From: Deferribacterales bacterium
GTDB lineage: Bacteria; Chrysiogenota; Deferribacteres; Deferribacterales; Geovibrionaceae
Assembly (NCBI GenBank): GCA_050251875.1
Contig: JBFWMA010000004.1
Span: 1-64,000, forward strand
Direction of reading: 5' to 3'
DNA length: 64,000 bases
This document shows, piece by piece, positions 48,510-58,540 of the stretch. The notes under the pieces were generated by a model, which was given only the letters and a program-made list of their open reading frames with translations, did no database searches and was not told where the DNA came from. A program made the translations under genes and the position numbers. The first letter of the stretch is position 1. Each line of letters begins with the position of its first letter.

Positions 48510-48729
48510 CGGTTTTGGCTCCTCTCTTATAAGTGATGAAACCATCCAGAAAAGCGTTCAGCAGTTCGTCCGATGTCTCTTTATAGTTTTCGTCATCTTC
48601 TTTTGAAAAGATTACGGGGATGTCCTCCCTCTTTATTTTCATGCCGCCCATATCCCAGATATTCAGCAGTTTATTGTCGTTCAGGTTCATGGCGTAGCGT
48701 ACACGCCTCAGCACATCGTTGTTGTTCAT
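48499..48729 (-). CDS. DUF1456 (YehS) single-repeat protein, first half
   Basis: MNNNDVLRRVRYAM...FLDGFITYKRG; AAGGA RBS. Confidence 0.75.
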   Translation of the reverse strand: MNNNDVLRRVRYAMNLNDNKLLNIWDMGGMKIKREDIPVIFSKEDDENYKETSDELLNAFLDGFITYKRGAKTDAK

Positions 48730-48740
48730 TTATGTATTCC

Positions 48741-49733
48741 TTATTTTTTTCGGACGCATCTTACACGGTTCAGGTATTCTTTGTCCATCCAATAGTCGCT
48801 TCCATTGAACATATATACCACTCTGGCGTTTTTTCTGTCCTCTTTGGAGCTCCAGTAGGTGTCGTTTGACTGATTACGGAATTTCACCCTCACGGCGGGT
48901 GTTTTCTTCGGATCGGTGATGCTCAGCAGTTCCTTCGCCGTGGGCATGCGCCATCCTATAACTCCGTTCAGGGTGAGGGTGTCGCAGTAGGTCACGGCGT
49001 CTTTCCAGAACATCTCTTTCCTGGCTGCGTCTTCGTTATCCTGCCAGACCAGCCCTGTCGCCGGGTCAACGGTGATGAGTTTAGGCGCCTGTACAATAGG
49101 CACTGGTTTTATCTCTTCCGGCTTTTTGCCCAGCTCGTCCGCCGCCTCTTTCAGTCCCTGCGCCGCCGCCATGCCTATCCATGTGTTGGCGGTCTCCATA
49201 TCTTTTACGGTGCCCAGCCCGTTCTTTATCATCATGCCCAGATTATACTGAGCGTATGCGTATCCCTTGTCCGCTCCGGCGCTGAACCATGATATCGCCG
49301 CTGTGTAGTCGGGTTCTTCGCTCTGCTCATACATGTTTCCCAGAGCGTTCATGGCTTCGGACATGCCCGTCTCCGCGGCACGGGTCAGCCATGTCACAGC
49401 GTCCGGAAAACTCTTTTCTGTGCCTATGCCGTTTTTATACATCAGTCCCAGATTATACATGCCCAGAATGTTTCCGCTGTCCGCCGACATGGTGTACCAT
49501 TTAAAGGCTTCAGCGTCATTTTTTTCTGTTCCGAGCCCCATGCGCAGCATATATCCGGCGTTGTTCATGGCGTCCGGATTTTTGTTTTCAGCGGATTTTA
49601 TATAGCTGTTGAGCGCTTCGGCGTAGTTCTGTCTGACCCCTCTGCCATAGAAGAGGTCATCGCCTCTGTCGTAGTCGGCATCGGCAAAACAGACGGAAGC
49701 CCACAGAAAGAACAGTGTAACAAGAAAACGCAT
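48741..49733 (-). CDS. Secreted Sel1-repeat protein with C-terminal DUF1566-like domain
   Basis: Signal peptide; Sel1 repeats (YNLGLMYKNGIGTEK); VDPATGLVWQ...A.TYC...GWRMPT..EL...YWSS...RVRCVR. Confidence 0.85.
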   Translation of the reverse strand: MRFLVTLFFLWASVCFADADYDRGDDLFYGRGVRQNYAEALNSYIKSAENKNPDAMNNAGYMLRMGLGTEKNDAEAFKWYTMSADSGNILGMYNLGLMYKNGIGTEKSFPDAVTWLTRAAETGMSEAMNALGNMYEQSEEPDYTAAISWFSAGADKGYAYAQYNLGMMIKNGLGTVKDMETANTWIGMAAAQGLKEAADELGKKPEEIKPVPIVQAPKLITVDPATGLVWQDNEDAARKEMFWKDAVTYCDTLTLNGVIGWRMPTAKELLSITDPKKTPAVRVKFRNQSNDTYWSSKEDRKNARVVYMFNGSDYWMDKEYLNRVRCVRKK

Positions 49734-49819
49734 CGGATCCCCTTGAAAAAAGAACTTATTGCTTTAAGACCGCTGTTTCGGTAAATTGACTTATACTATT
49801 ATATCCGAAGTGACGCAAT

Positions 49820-50614
49820 ATGACAGATATATTTAAATTTATCACCGCTTTTGTGCTGGTTTTATGGTGTTCGGTCTCTTTTTCCGGCGTGAGCATCGCC
49901 CCGGATAAAGATATCCGGAAAGAGCCGGCCGGCATAGACGAAAACCTGTCCATGTCCCACGCCGTGCGTTCATCACTCCTGCCCAGGCTGAAGACGGACT
50001 CCTCGCCGTATGAGGCGGAGCTGGCACGTCTGAACAAAAAAGCGGGCGGATATAAAGCGCTGATAAATCAGCTTAATAAAACTATCGCCGAGGCGGAGAC
50101 AGATGTTGAGCGCAGGCTGGTTACCCAGAGGCTCAGATCTGTTCAGGCGGAGGCGTCCGGTGTTTACAGACGTCAGGACGTATATTCTAAAATGGTTTCC
50201 GCTGTGAAAATGGTGAACAGGGACGGTTTTTTCTCCGATAAAGAGGGGGCGCTCAGCAGGCTTAATTCCTTCCTCTCCGTTAACGGAGGCGATGTTAACG
50301 CCGTATATCTGAGAGGTTATGTTCTGTATGATCTGAAAAGATATTCTCAGGCTTCGGCTGATCTCAGAAAAGCCATAGACAGCGGAAAGAACGACAGACA
50401 CACCCTGTATCACATGGCGATGTCTCTGTTTTATCAGGGAAAGTTTTCCGAGGCTCTGGGATATTTCGACAAAACAATAGAGAAGGACAACGGCTATGCC
50501 GTGGCTTATTACTACAGGGGGCTGTCTCAGTTCAGGCTGAACAGGTTTCCGCAGGCGACCAAAGATTACAACGCCGCCGTATTTCTGGATAAGTCACTGG
50601 CAAAACCTTATTAA
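49820..50614 (+). CDS. Exported coiled-coil/TPR protein
   Basis: Signal-like N-terminus; TPRs (YLRG, AYYYRG). Confidence 0.75.
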   Translation: MTDIFKFITAFVLVLWCSVSFSGVSIAPDKDIRKEPAGIDENLSMSHAVRSSLLPRLKTDSSPYEAELARLNKKAGGYKALINQLNKTIAEAETDVERRLVTQRLRSVQAEASGVYRRQDVYSKMVSAVKMVNRDGFFSDKEGALSRLNSFLSVNGGDVNAVYLRGYVLYDLKRYSQASADLRKAIDSGKNDRHTLYHMAMSLFYQGKFSEALGYFDKTIEKDNGYAVAYYYRGLSQFRLNRFPQATKDYNAAVFLDKSLAKPY

Positions 50615-50623
50615 GGAAAATTC

Positions 50624-52489
50624 ATGAATCTCGTCTCCGTAGATAAAATCTCCAAAAAAATGGGTGATAAACAGCTCTTCACAGAAATTTCGTTCGGGAT
50701 CGAAGAGGGGCAGAAGACTGCTCTGATAGGCGTGAACGGGTGCGGCAAGTCCACCCTGCTGAAAATCCTGGCAAAGAAGGAACAGCCGGACTCCGGCACC
50801 GTGTCGTGGAACAGACAGTGCGTTATCAACTATCTGCCGCAGATGCCAGATTTCGACCCGGAAGACACCATTCTGGACGCCGTTTTCAAAAGCGGCTCGG
50901 CGGTGACAGAGCTGATTAAGCAGTATGAAAAACTGTGCCATCATCCGGAAAACACCGACCAGTACAGAGATCAGCTGGACAAGGTGATGAACGAGATCAA
51001 CCGTCTGGACGCATGGCATTTCGAATATGAGATAAAATCCATTCTGGGCGAGCTGGGGATCAACGACACAGATATGAAGCTGGGCACTCTGTCCGGAGGC
51101 ATGCTGAAAAAAGTCGCTCTGGCGCAGGCTCTCATAGATGACGGAAACCTGCTGGTGATGGACGAACCCACCAACCATCTGGACATCGAGACGGTTGAGT
51201 GGCTTCAGACATATCTGAAAAAGACGACAAAATCCATACTGATGGTGACTCACGACAGATATTTTCTGGATGAGATATGCAGTAACATCATAGAGATAGA
51301 CAGAGGGACAGCCTTCACATACAACGGCGGATACTCTTTTTATCTGGAGAAGAAGGACGAGGCGGAAGCTCAGCTCCAGCGTGAAGATCAAAGACAGAGA
51401 AACATTCTGCGCAATGAGATGAAATGGCTCAGGCGTGGGGCGAAAGCCAGAAGCACCAAACAGAAAGCCCGCATAGAGCGCATCCACGCCATGCAGGACA
51501 GAGAGGTGTACAGAGAGGCGGACAAGCTGGAGCTTGAGATTCAGGCTCAGCGCATGGGCAAACATATTCTGGAGATCAAGGACGTGTCCAAGTCATATGA
51601 CGGGCGCGCCATTATCAAACCTTTTACATATACGTTCAAACCGAAAGAACGGCTGGGCATAGTGGGCAGAAACGGAGCGGGCAAATCGACCTTTCTGCGT
51701 CTGGTGACTGGGGAAGAGCCCACGGACACAGGCGAGGTGACCCCAGGGCTGAACACTGTGTTCGGTGTTTTCGATCAGCACAGCAAGGAGCTCGACCCGG
51801 ACAAAAGGATGATAGACACCGTGAGGGATATCAAAGAAGTGCTGATTCTGCCGAACGGTAAGAGCATCAGCGCCGGTCAGGTTCTGGAGAAATTTCTCTT
51901 TCCGTCTGTGATGCACCATACACCAATCAGAAAACTTTCCGGCGGAGAGAAGCGCCGTCTGCATCTGGTTCTGGTGCTGATGAACAATCCTAATTTTCTG
52001 ATTCTGGACGAACCGACAAACGACATCGACATAAAGACGCTCTCCGTTCTGGAGGATTTTCTGGATGATTTCCCCGGGTGCATACTGGTGGTGTCCCACG
52101 ACAGATGCTTCATGAACAGAGTCGCAGACAACCTGCTGATATTCGATGGCGAGGGCGGGGTGGAAGTCTTTTACGGCGATTTTGACGATTATCTGGAAGA
52201 GAAGAAACAGGCGGTGTCCGAAGAGAAAAAACAGACGCCGAAAAAAGAGCCGGAACAGCCGAAAACCAAAAAGAAAAAATTGTCTTACAACGAACAGAAA
52301 GAGTATGACTCGCTGGAATCAGACATAGAAAATCTGGAAGAGGAGAAGTCCGGTCTGGAAAGAAAGCTGAACGCCGGGGAGGACGACTATTCCAGTCTGG
52401 CGGATATGCATAAGAGGATAGAGCAGATAGATGAGCTGATTCTGGAAAAGATGGAGCGCTGGGAATATCTGTCTTCGCTTATTGACTGA
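50624..52489 (+). CDS. ABC-F family ATPase (Uup-like)
   Basis: Two NBDs (GVNGCGKST, GRNGAGKST), ARSTKQKAR linker, KKLSYNEQKE C-terminal coiled coil. Confidence 0.93.
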   Translation: MNLVSVDKISKKMGDKQLFTEISFGIEEGQKTALIGVNGCGKSTLLKILAKKEQPDSGTVSWNRQCVINYLPQMPDFDPEDTILDAVFKSGSAVTELIKQYEKLCHHPENTDQYRDQLDKVMNEINRLDAWHFEYEIKSILGELGINDTDMKLGTLSGGMLKKVALAQALIDDGNLLVMDEPTNHLDIETVEWLQTYLKKTTKSILMVTHDRYFLDEICSNIIEIDRGTAFTYNGGYSFYLEKKDEAEAQLQREDQRQRNILRNEMKWLRRGAKARSTKQKARIERIHAMQDREVYREADKLELEIQAQRMGKHILEIKDVSKSYDGRAIIKPFTYTFKPKERLGIVGRNGAGKSTFLRLVTGEEPTDTGEVTPGLNTVFGVFDQHSKELDPDKRMIDTVRDIKEVLILPNGKSISAGQVLEKFLFPSVMHHTPIRKLSGGEKRRLHLVLVLMNNPNFLILDEPTNDIDIKTLSVLEDFLDDFPGCILVVSHDRCFMNRVADNLLIFDGEGGVEVFYGDFDDYLEEKKQAVSEEKKQTPKKEPEQPKTKKKKLSYNEQKEYDSLESDIENLEEEKSGLERKLNAGEDDYSSLADMHKRIEQIDELILEKMERWEYLSSLID

Positions 52490-54359
52490 CGACTTTTCTC
52501 AGCAGATTTTTATGATCGAGCACAGCCTGAGCCAGCTCAGGGTCGAAGTGCTTTCCTTTCTCCTGTTCCACTATTTCGATGGTGACCTCGAAGGAGAAGG
52601 GTTCTTTATAAGGACGTCTTGAAAGCAGAGCGTCTATGACATCCGCCAGCGCAACAATGCGCCCTATCAGAGGGATGTCGTCTCCGGAAAGCCCCAGAGG
52701 ATACCCTGTGCCGTCCCATTTTTCGTGGTGGGATTTCGCTATGATAAGAGCGTTGTGCATGATCTCTGAGCTGGGGTCGGCGAGAATCTTTGCTCCCAGT
52801 TCGGGGTGTTTTTTGATTATATCAAATTCTTCTTTAGTCAGTTTCCCCGGTTTCATCAGAATATCGTCAGGAATACCCAGTTTGCCCACATCGTGCAGAA
52901 CGCTGGCGTGTCTGAGCTGTTCCACGGCGTGGCTGTTCATCCCCGTGATTTCGGCTATCATCACGGATATGTCGCTCACTCTTTTCAGGTGGTCGTATGT
53001 ATACTGGTCTTTGTGCTCGGCGGCTCCCGCCAGACGGTACAGTGTGTCAACGTGGGCGTTGTGCAGTGTTTCGGCGAAGAGCTCGTTAGCCGTTTTATAG
53101 TTATTCAGATTGGTGAGCATCTCGTTGAAGTTCTCCTGAGTGGCGGAAACTTCCTTAAAATTGGTGCATATGTTTATCTGCGAGTCGAAATGCAGTTCCT
53201 TCGCTTTCTCGGTGGCACGGCTCAGCTCCACAAATGGCTTCGCCAGCTCTCTGGCTATCAGGCTGCATATGATTATCACCATGACGAGTATGAAGACAGA
53301 CAGATATATCAGCGCCCGGAATCTGCTGTAGAGCGGCGCCAGATAGTCCTTCGCCGGGGTGTACATCCCCAGGATAACGTTCATACCGTTTATGTTGGCG
53401 GGTATGGCGATGGCTTTATACTGCCCGTTCTCGGTCTTTATATTCAGTATGCGCCCGAAATCTTTCTGGCTCATATATTTATCCGCCAGAGTGTCCATCA
53501 CTTTATCTTTGAATCCTGACGCTTTGGGGATTATGTTTTTTATATCACGGGTATCGCTGTAGATTCGGGAAAAATCGGAATGAGCGAGAATATTTTTTTC
53601 GCTGTCTATAACAAACATGCTGGTGTTGGTGGTGAAAGAACTTTTCAGAAGAAAATCGGAGATGGTTTTGATCTCCAGATCGGAGGCGACCACGCCCTGA
53701 AGCTCTCCGGCGTGGTATATCGGCTTTGAGTAGGTTATCCCCGGCTGCCCTGTTATGAAAAAGGTGTAGGGCGGAGACCACACGGGCATGCCCTTCGTCT
53801 CAGCCAGCTGATACCAGGGGCGGGTTCTGGGGTCATAGCTGTCTTCTGTGAGAATATTTGTCTCGAACCGCACAGTGCCGTTGTACCATGATTCGGTGAC
53901 GGTTCTGATGCCGTCTCTGACTCTTACTATTTTATTAAAATAATAGATTTTTTTGTCGTTTTCGAACTTTTGTCTCTTGCCCACCAGGAAAAATTCGCCA
54001 TTGGCGTTGGAATAGTAGGCGGTATATACGTCTTTGGATGATTCCATTGTCTTTATAATGTTGGAAATAATCTTTTGGTTGGCGGCGTCATCGTCCAGGA
54101 TGCTCATATCGGATGGCATCAGTGTTTCCACGGCATTCACGGCGTTCAGAGCGGGCTTGGTGATTATGTTTACATGTTCGGTGGCGTCAGAGACGGAACG
54201 GAGGATAACTTCGTCCGCCAGCATGTGCAGGGCGGATTCTGAAAATTTGGTAGAGAGCGCCAGAATCGTGAGAGTGCCGATGACCGAAAGTGTGACCAGC
54301 AGGGACACAATTACGAAGGTTATGCTCAATTTTTTGTTGATTTTTCTACAACGATACAT
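52479..54359 (-). CDS. Cache/HAMP HD-GYP cyclic-di-GMP phosphodiesterase
   Basis: TM, YDPRTRPWY Cache domain, TM, HDVGK, HHEKWDGTGYP, RPYK. Confidence 0.9.
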   Translation of the reverse strand: MYRCRKINKKLSITFVIVSLLVTLSVIGTLTILALSTKFSESALHMLADEVILRSVSDATEHVNIITKPALNAVNAVETLMPSDMSILDDDAANQKIISNIIKTMESSKDVYTAYYSNANGEFFLVGKRQKFENDKKIYYFNKIVRVRDGIRTVTESWYNGTVRFETNILTEDSYDPRTRPWYQLAETKGMPVWSPPYTFFITGQPGITYSKPIYHAGELQGVVASDLEIKTISDFLLKSSFTTNTSMFVIDSEKNILAHSDFSRIYSDTRDIKNIIPKASGFKDKVMDTLADKYMSQKDFGRILNIKTENGQYKAIAIPANINGMNVILGMYTPAKDYLAPLYSRFRALIYLSVFILVMVIIICSLIARELAKPFVELSRATEKAKELHFDSQINICTNFKEVSATQENFNEMLTNLNNYKTANELFAETLHNAHVDTLYRLAGAAEHKDQYTYDHLKRVSDISVMIAEITGMNSHAVEQLRHASVLHDVGKLGIPDDILMKPGKLTKEEFDIIKKHPELGAKILADPSSEIMHNALIIAKSHHEKWDGTGYPLGLSGDDIPLIGRIVALADVIDALLSRRPYKEPFSFEVTIEIVEQEKGKHFDPELAQAVLDHKNLLRKVVSQ

Positions 54360-54528
54360 CGCACCCGTCAGTTGTCAGAATAATTATTACAGAATATACC
54401 GCATTTGTATGAAAAATAAAACTATTTAAATAGTGATTTATTCGGCTGTGAAACATACCCTCGTCTTATGTGGATTCTGAGGGGATAAAATGCTAAGTTA
54501 ATAAAAAAGAGATGATAAGGAGCGAAAA

Positions 54529-55923
54529 ATGTTTCGGATACTTCAGATTCTGCTGATTTTAACTGTTTCGTCAGGCGCGTTCGCGGCGACATTCACCGGC
54601 ACCGGATATGGTTCCGACATTGAGAGCGCAAAATCACAGGCTCTGTCTGATCTGTCGTCACAGCTTCTGGTGCGTGTGTCATCGGAATATACGCTGAAAA
54701 CCAGCGGCACTTCAGACAGCGCCGGACAGACGGAAGCGGCTAAGAACATAGCCCTGTCCACCGATCTGCCTCTGGCGGGCGCTGAGCTGAGCTATAACGA
54801 AGAGTTCGGCGAGGTGAAAGCCACCGCCGTCATGTCGTCTGAAAAAGCGCTCCCTATGTATAAGAGCATGCTGAGCGATCTGAGGCAGAGAACCATGAGC
54901 ACATTAAGCTCCGCCGATGGCAAGACCGGAAAACAGGGGATTAATCTTCTGAAAGACGCTTATGCGCTGGCTGACAGATACGAGCGGGTGTATACCGTGG
55001 CTAAGATTCTGGGCGATGAAGGTTCTTTGCCGCTTGGTGTCTCTTCTAACGATATCTCCGCCAGGATACTGGCATTGCAGAAAAAAGCGTCCACGCTGGC
55101 GGACGCCGCCTATATCCTCTGCGAAAAAATAGATAAGAACGGAATATATGTCTATCCGCCGTCCGTGGCGGGCAGTCACGAGGTGACGCCTTTCGCCGCC
55201 GCTGTTCAGGCGGCAGTGACAGCCGCAGTGAAAGGAGCCGGTTCTCCTGAGAACTCTCTGTATACCATGCGGGGCGAATACGTTCCGGCGGGTAAGAATA
55301 TCATCCTCACATACAGGCTTTTCGACAGCGAAAAGAACACCATAAGCGCCTCATCCGTGGAGCTTGCCCCGTCCGCCTATGCCGGGCTGGACTACAAGCC
55401 GAAAACGGCGGATTTCGACAGTCTGCTGTATCAGGGGCTGGCGGTTTCGTCTGATTTTCATGTGAACATAGCCACCAACAAGGGTTCGAGCAATCTGCTT
55501 TTCAAAAAAGGCGAAGAGATAGAGATACTGGTGAAGACATCTGGTCCGGCGTACATATATATTGCGGGATACACGGTGAAGAAGAGCGAGAGAAACTCAT
55601 ATCTGCTGGAGCTGGCAAACGCTGACGGCAAGCGCAGGTTCGTCCGCTTCATCAACGCTGACGATGCCAACAAGTGGGTCAGTCTGGGCGAGTTCGAGAT
55701 AGTGCCTCCCTTCGGCACGGAGAGTCTGCATGTGGTCGCTTCCGCCGCTTATTCTGAGGAGATAATCCCGGCAGTGAGCTATGATGTGAAAAGCGGACTC
55801 TATATAATAGACCCCAATCCGAAGAAAGCTGTCAGCATGACACGCTCTGTCATAAATAAAAGCCTGAAAAAGCAGCTCAACGCCGTGTCTGAGGCTGTGC
55901 TGACATTTACGTCAGAGAAATAA
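54529..55923 (+). CDS. Exported protein with LPP20-like N-terminus and DUF4384-like C-terminus
   Basis: Signal AFA; GTGYG...AKSQALSDLSSQL; FKKGEEIEILVK, FEIVPPFGTESLHVVAS. Confidence 0.65.
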   Translation: MFRILQILLILTVSSGAFAATFTGTGYGSDIESAKSQALSDLSSQLLVRVSSEYTLKTSGTSDSAGQTEAAKNIALSTDLPLAGAELSYNEEFGEVKATAVMSSEKALPMYKSMLSDLRQRTMSTLSSADGKTGKQGINLLKDAYALADRYERVYTVAKILGDEGSLPLGVSSNDISARILALQKKASTLADAAYILCEKIDKNGIYVYPPSVAGSHEVTPFAAAVQAAVTAAVKGAGSPENSLYTMRGEYVPAGKNIILTYRLFDSEKNTISASSVELAPSAYAGLDYKPKTADFDSLLYQGLAVSSDFHVNIATNKGSSNLLFKKGEEIEILVKTSGPAYIYIAGYTVKKSERNSYLLELANADGKRRFVRFINADDANKWVSLGEFEIVPPFGTESLHVVASAAYSEEIIPAVSYDVKSGLYIIDPNPKKAVSMTRSVINKSLKKQLNAVSEAVLTFTSEK

Positions 55924-55935
55924 AGCGTGAAAACA

Positions 55936-55964
55936 GCACGGGGTTTTAAATCCGTGCGTTTTTT
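55936..55964 (+). terminator. Intrinsic terminator
   Basis: GCACGG...CCGTGC stem followed by a T run. Confidence 0.65.
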
Positions 55965-56496
55965 AGCCGTGCCTTATAATGTTAGGTTAGATTGAGCTGT
56001 TGCCGTTTTTATTCAGCCGTATTTTCTCTGAGATTCGGGATGGTTATCGCCGTCATCAGGGGGATAGAATCAGCGGTTTTGATAAAACAATGTTTTGGTT
56101 TATGCGTGTTAAAAAAACAGTCATGTTTTTTTCAGGGCTTTGTAATAAGCGGACGGTGGTTTGGCTTTATCCGCCGTTTGATCATTCGTAAGTCTGATTC
56201 TGATCTGAAAGTTTTATAAGCCAGCCACAAAAGGATATTTCAATAATTCTATATATAAAAGGTATGATTTTAAAGCCGGATATCGTCCGGACAAAAACAG
56301 ACTTTCGCTATTTTTGAAAACTGTTTGAATCAATGTTTTAAAAACAAAATCCGATTAATCGTCTATTGCATTATTTTTTCAGTGATGTATTTAGATACTC
56401 ATGGCGGAATACACATTTTAATTATCCGCCTCCCCACCATTATTTGCATAACTTGGACGTATTTTCTTAATTTCAACTTTTTTTTCGAGGTTTGTT

Positions 56497-57600
56497 ATGT
56501 CTGATAATACTCTGTTTTCAACAGGGCTCAACAGGCGTGATTTCCTGCGTCTAAGCGCGGGTCTTACCGCTATGATGGGTCTCCCCTATGCTATGCATAC
56601 CAAGGTGGCGGAAGCCGCTACCGCTGACGACCGCCCCCCTGTCATCTGGCTTCATTTTCAGGAATGTACCGGATGTTCTGAGTCGCTCATCCGTTCCGGA
56701 CACCCGGACCCGGCTGCTCTCATACTTGATTTAATCTCTCTGGATTACCACGAAACACTGATGATCGGTTCAGGATATCAGGCCGAAGAATCGCTGGAAA
56801 ACAGTATGAAGGCGAACTGGGGCAGCTATATCCTGATAGTGGAGGGCGCTGTCCCTCTGGCTGAGGACGGCATCTACTGCAAAGTGGCGGGCAAGACCGC
56901 CATGGAATCCCTGAAGCACGCCTCAGAAGGCGCCGCCGCTGTTATCTGCATAGGCACCTGCGCCGCTTTCGGCGGTGTTCAGGCGGCAGATCCCAACCCC
57001 ACACAGGCTGTGTCCGCCTCCAGTCTTATCAAGGACAAACCGGTGATAAACGTTCCCGGATGCCCGCCCAGCCCCTACAACCTTCTGGCTACCGTGCTTT
57101 ACTATCTCACATTCAAAAAACTTCCTAAGCTGGACGCTCTGGGCAGACCCGAGTTCGCTTACGGCAGAAGAATACACGAACACTGCGAACGCAGACCCCA
57201 CTTCGATGCCGGCAGATTCGCCGAGCAGTTCGGAGACAAAGGACACTCAGAAGGCTATTGCCTCTATAAACTGGGATGCAAAGGTCCCGTCACATTCGCC
57301 AACTGCTCAGTGCAGAGATTCAACGATGTAGGCGTGTGGCCCGTGTCCATGGGACACCCCTGCATAGGCTGTACAGAGCCGGACGTTATGTTTCACACAT
57401 CCATCTATGACAGATGTCAGATACACGAGGTTACCCCGCCGGATTTCTATCCCAACGCCAACCCCGCCAAGAGGGGCAAGGGAGCAGACCCGCTCACCAC
57501 TGGCGTGATGGGTATGGTGGCTGGAGCCGCCATAGGCGCCAGCGCCATGCTGGCTAAGAAGCTGCCGAAGGAGGGGGAAGATGAAGACCACGAGGCGTAA
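56497..57600 (+). CDS. hybO: [NiFe] hydrogenase small subunit (Hyb type)
   Basis: Tat motif NRRDFLR; HFQECTGCSES, GCPP, CLYKLGCKGP, HPCIGC; C-terminal anchor. Confidence 0.95.
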   Translation: MSDNTLFSTGLNRRDFLRLSAGLTAMMGLPYAMHTKVAEAATADDRPPVIWLHFQECTGCSESLIRSGHPDPAALILDLISLDYHETLMIGSGYQAEESLENSMKANWGSYILIVEGAVPLAEDGIYCKVAGKTAMESLKHASEGAAAVICIGTCAAFGGVQAADPNPTQAVSASSLIKDKPVINVPGCPPSPYNLLATVLYYLTFKKLPKLDALGRPEFAYGRRIHEHCERRPHFDAGRFAEQFGDKGHSEGYCLYKLGCKGPVTFANCSVQRFNDVGVWPVSMGHPCIGCTEPDVMFHTSIYDRCQIHEVTPPDFYPNANPAKRGKGADPLTTGVMGMVAGAAIGASAMLAKKLPKEGEDEDHEA

Positions 57601-58540
57601 TTTCCTGAAAACCGCCGCGATGGGCGGGGCGCTTATAGCGGCGCCGCTGTCTCTGCGCGCGCAGGAGGAGATCACCGCCAACGAAAACGCAGTGGGCATG
57701 CTCTATGACTCCACACTCTGCGTGGGCTGTAAAGCCTGCGTGACAAAGTGTAAGCAGGTCAACGACATGGCGGCCGCTCCGGCGCCCACTGACAAAGATC
57801 GTCTGTGGGATTCTCCGCCTGACCTCGACTACCGCACGAGAAACATTATAAAACTCTATAAAGAGGACGAGGACGGAAAGAACTGGGCTTATGTGAAATA
57901 TCAGTGCATGCACTGCGTTAAGCCCTCATGTGTTTCCGCCTGTCCTGTCAGCGCTATGCAGAAAGAAGAGGGCACAGGCATTGTCTTCTATGACAAAAAT
58001 AAATGCATCGGATGCAGATACTGTCAGATCGCCTGTCCGTTTAACATTCCAAAATTCGAATGGCCCGAGGCTTTTCCGAAGATAGTGAAATGCGACCTGT
58101 GCAAGTTCACCAATCTGAAGCTGAAGGGCGAGCCGGCGTGCTGTGAAACATGCCCCACAGGCGCTGTGATATACGGCAAACGCAAGGATCTGCTGGCAGA
58201 GGCAAAACGCCGTCTGGCGGCTCACCCTGAAAAATATCAGAAAGAGATTTACGGCGAATACGAGGTGGGCGGAACGAACGTCATCTATATCGCCGGAACA
58301 TCATTCGAGAATCTCGGATTCCCCGAGCTGGAGAAAGAGTCCGCCGCCCTGATGTCTGAACATGTTCAGCACACTCTCTATAAAGGATTCATCGCTCCCG
58401 TGGCTCTTTACGGCTTTCTGGCTATGGTCGCCCTGAAAAACAGAAAGACCAAACAGCAGGTGGAGCACGAACACGAGACCGATCACGAGCTGGAAGAAGA
58501 GATAAAGAAAGAACTGAAACATAAAGACGGGGGTAAATAA
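57581..58540 (+). CDS. hybA: Hydrogenase-2 Fe-S subunit
   Basis: Tat motif TRRNFLK; four Cys clusters (CVGCKAC, CMHC..PSC, CIGCRYC, KCDLC..CP). Confidence 0.93.
   Translation: MKTTRRNFLKTAAMGGALIAAPLSLRAQEEITANENAVGMLYDSTLCVGCKACVTKCKQVNDMAAAPAPTDKDRLWDSPPDLDYRTRNIIKLYKEDEDGKNWAYVKYQCMHCVKPSCVSACPVSAMQKEEGTGIVFYDKNKCIGCRYCQIACPFNIPKFEWPEAFPKIVKCDLCKFTNLKLKGEPACCETCPTGAVIYGKRKDLLAEAKRRLAAHPEKYQKEIYGEYEVGGTNVIYIAGTSFENLGFPELEKESAALMSEHVQHTLYKGFIAPVALYGFLAMVALKNRKTKQQVEHEHETDHELEEEIKKELKHKDGGK

Noticed and set aside
55965..56496. Gene or sigma54 promoter in the long intergenic region before hybO
   Set aside because: Short ORFs lack RBS and coding character; no -24/-12 consensus found; only weak dyads.
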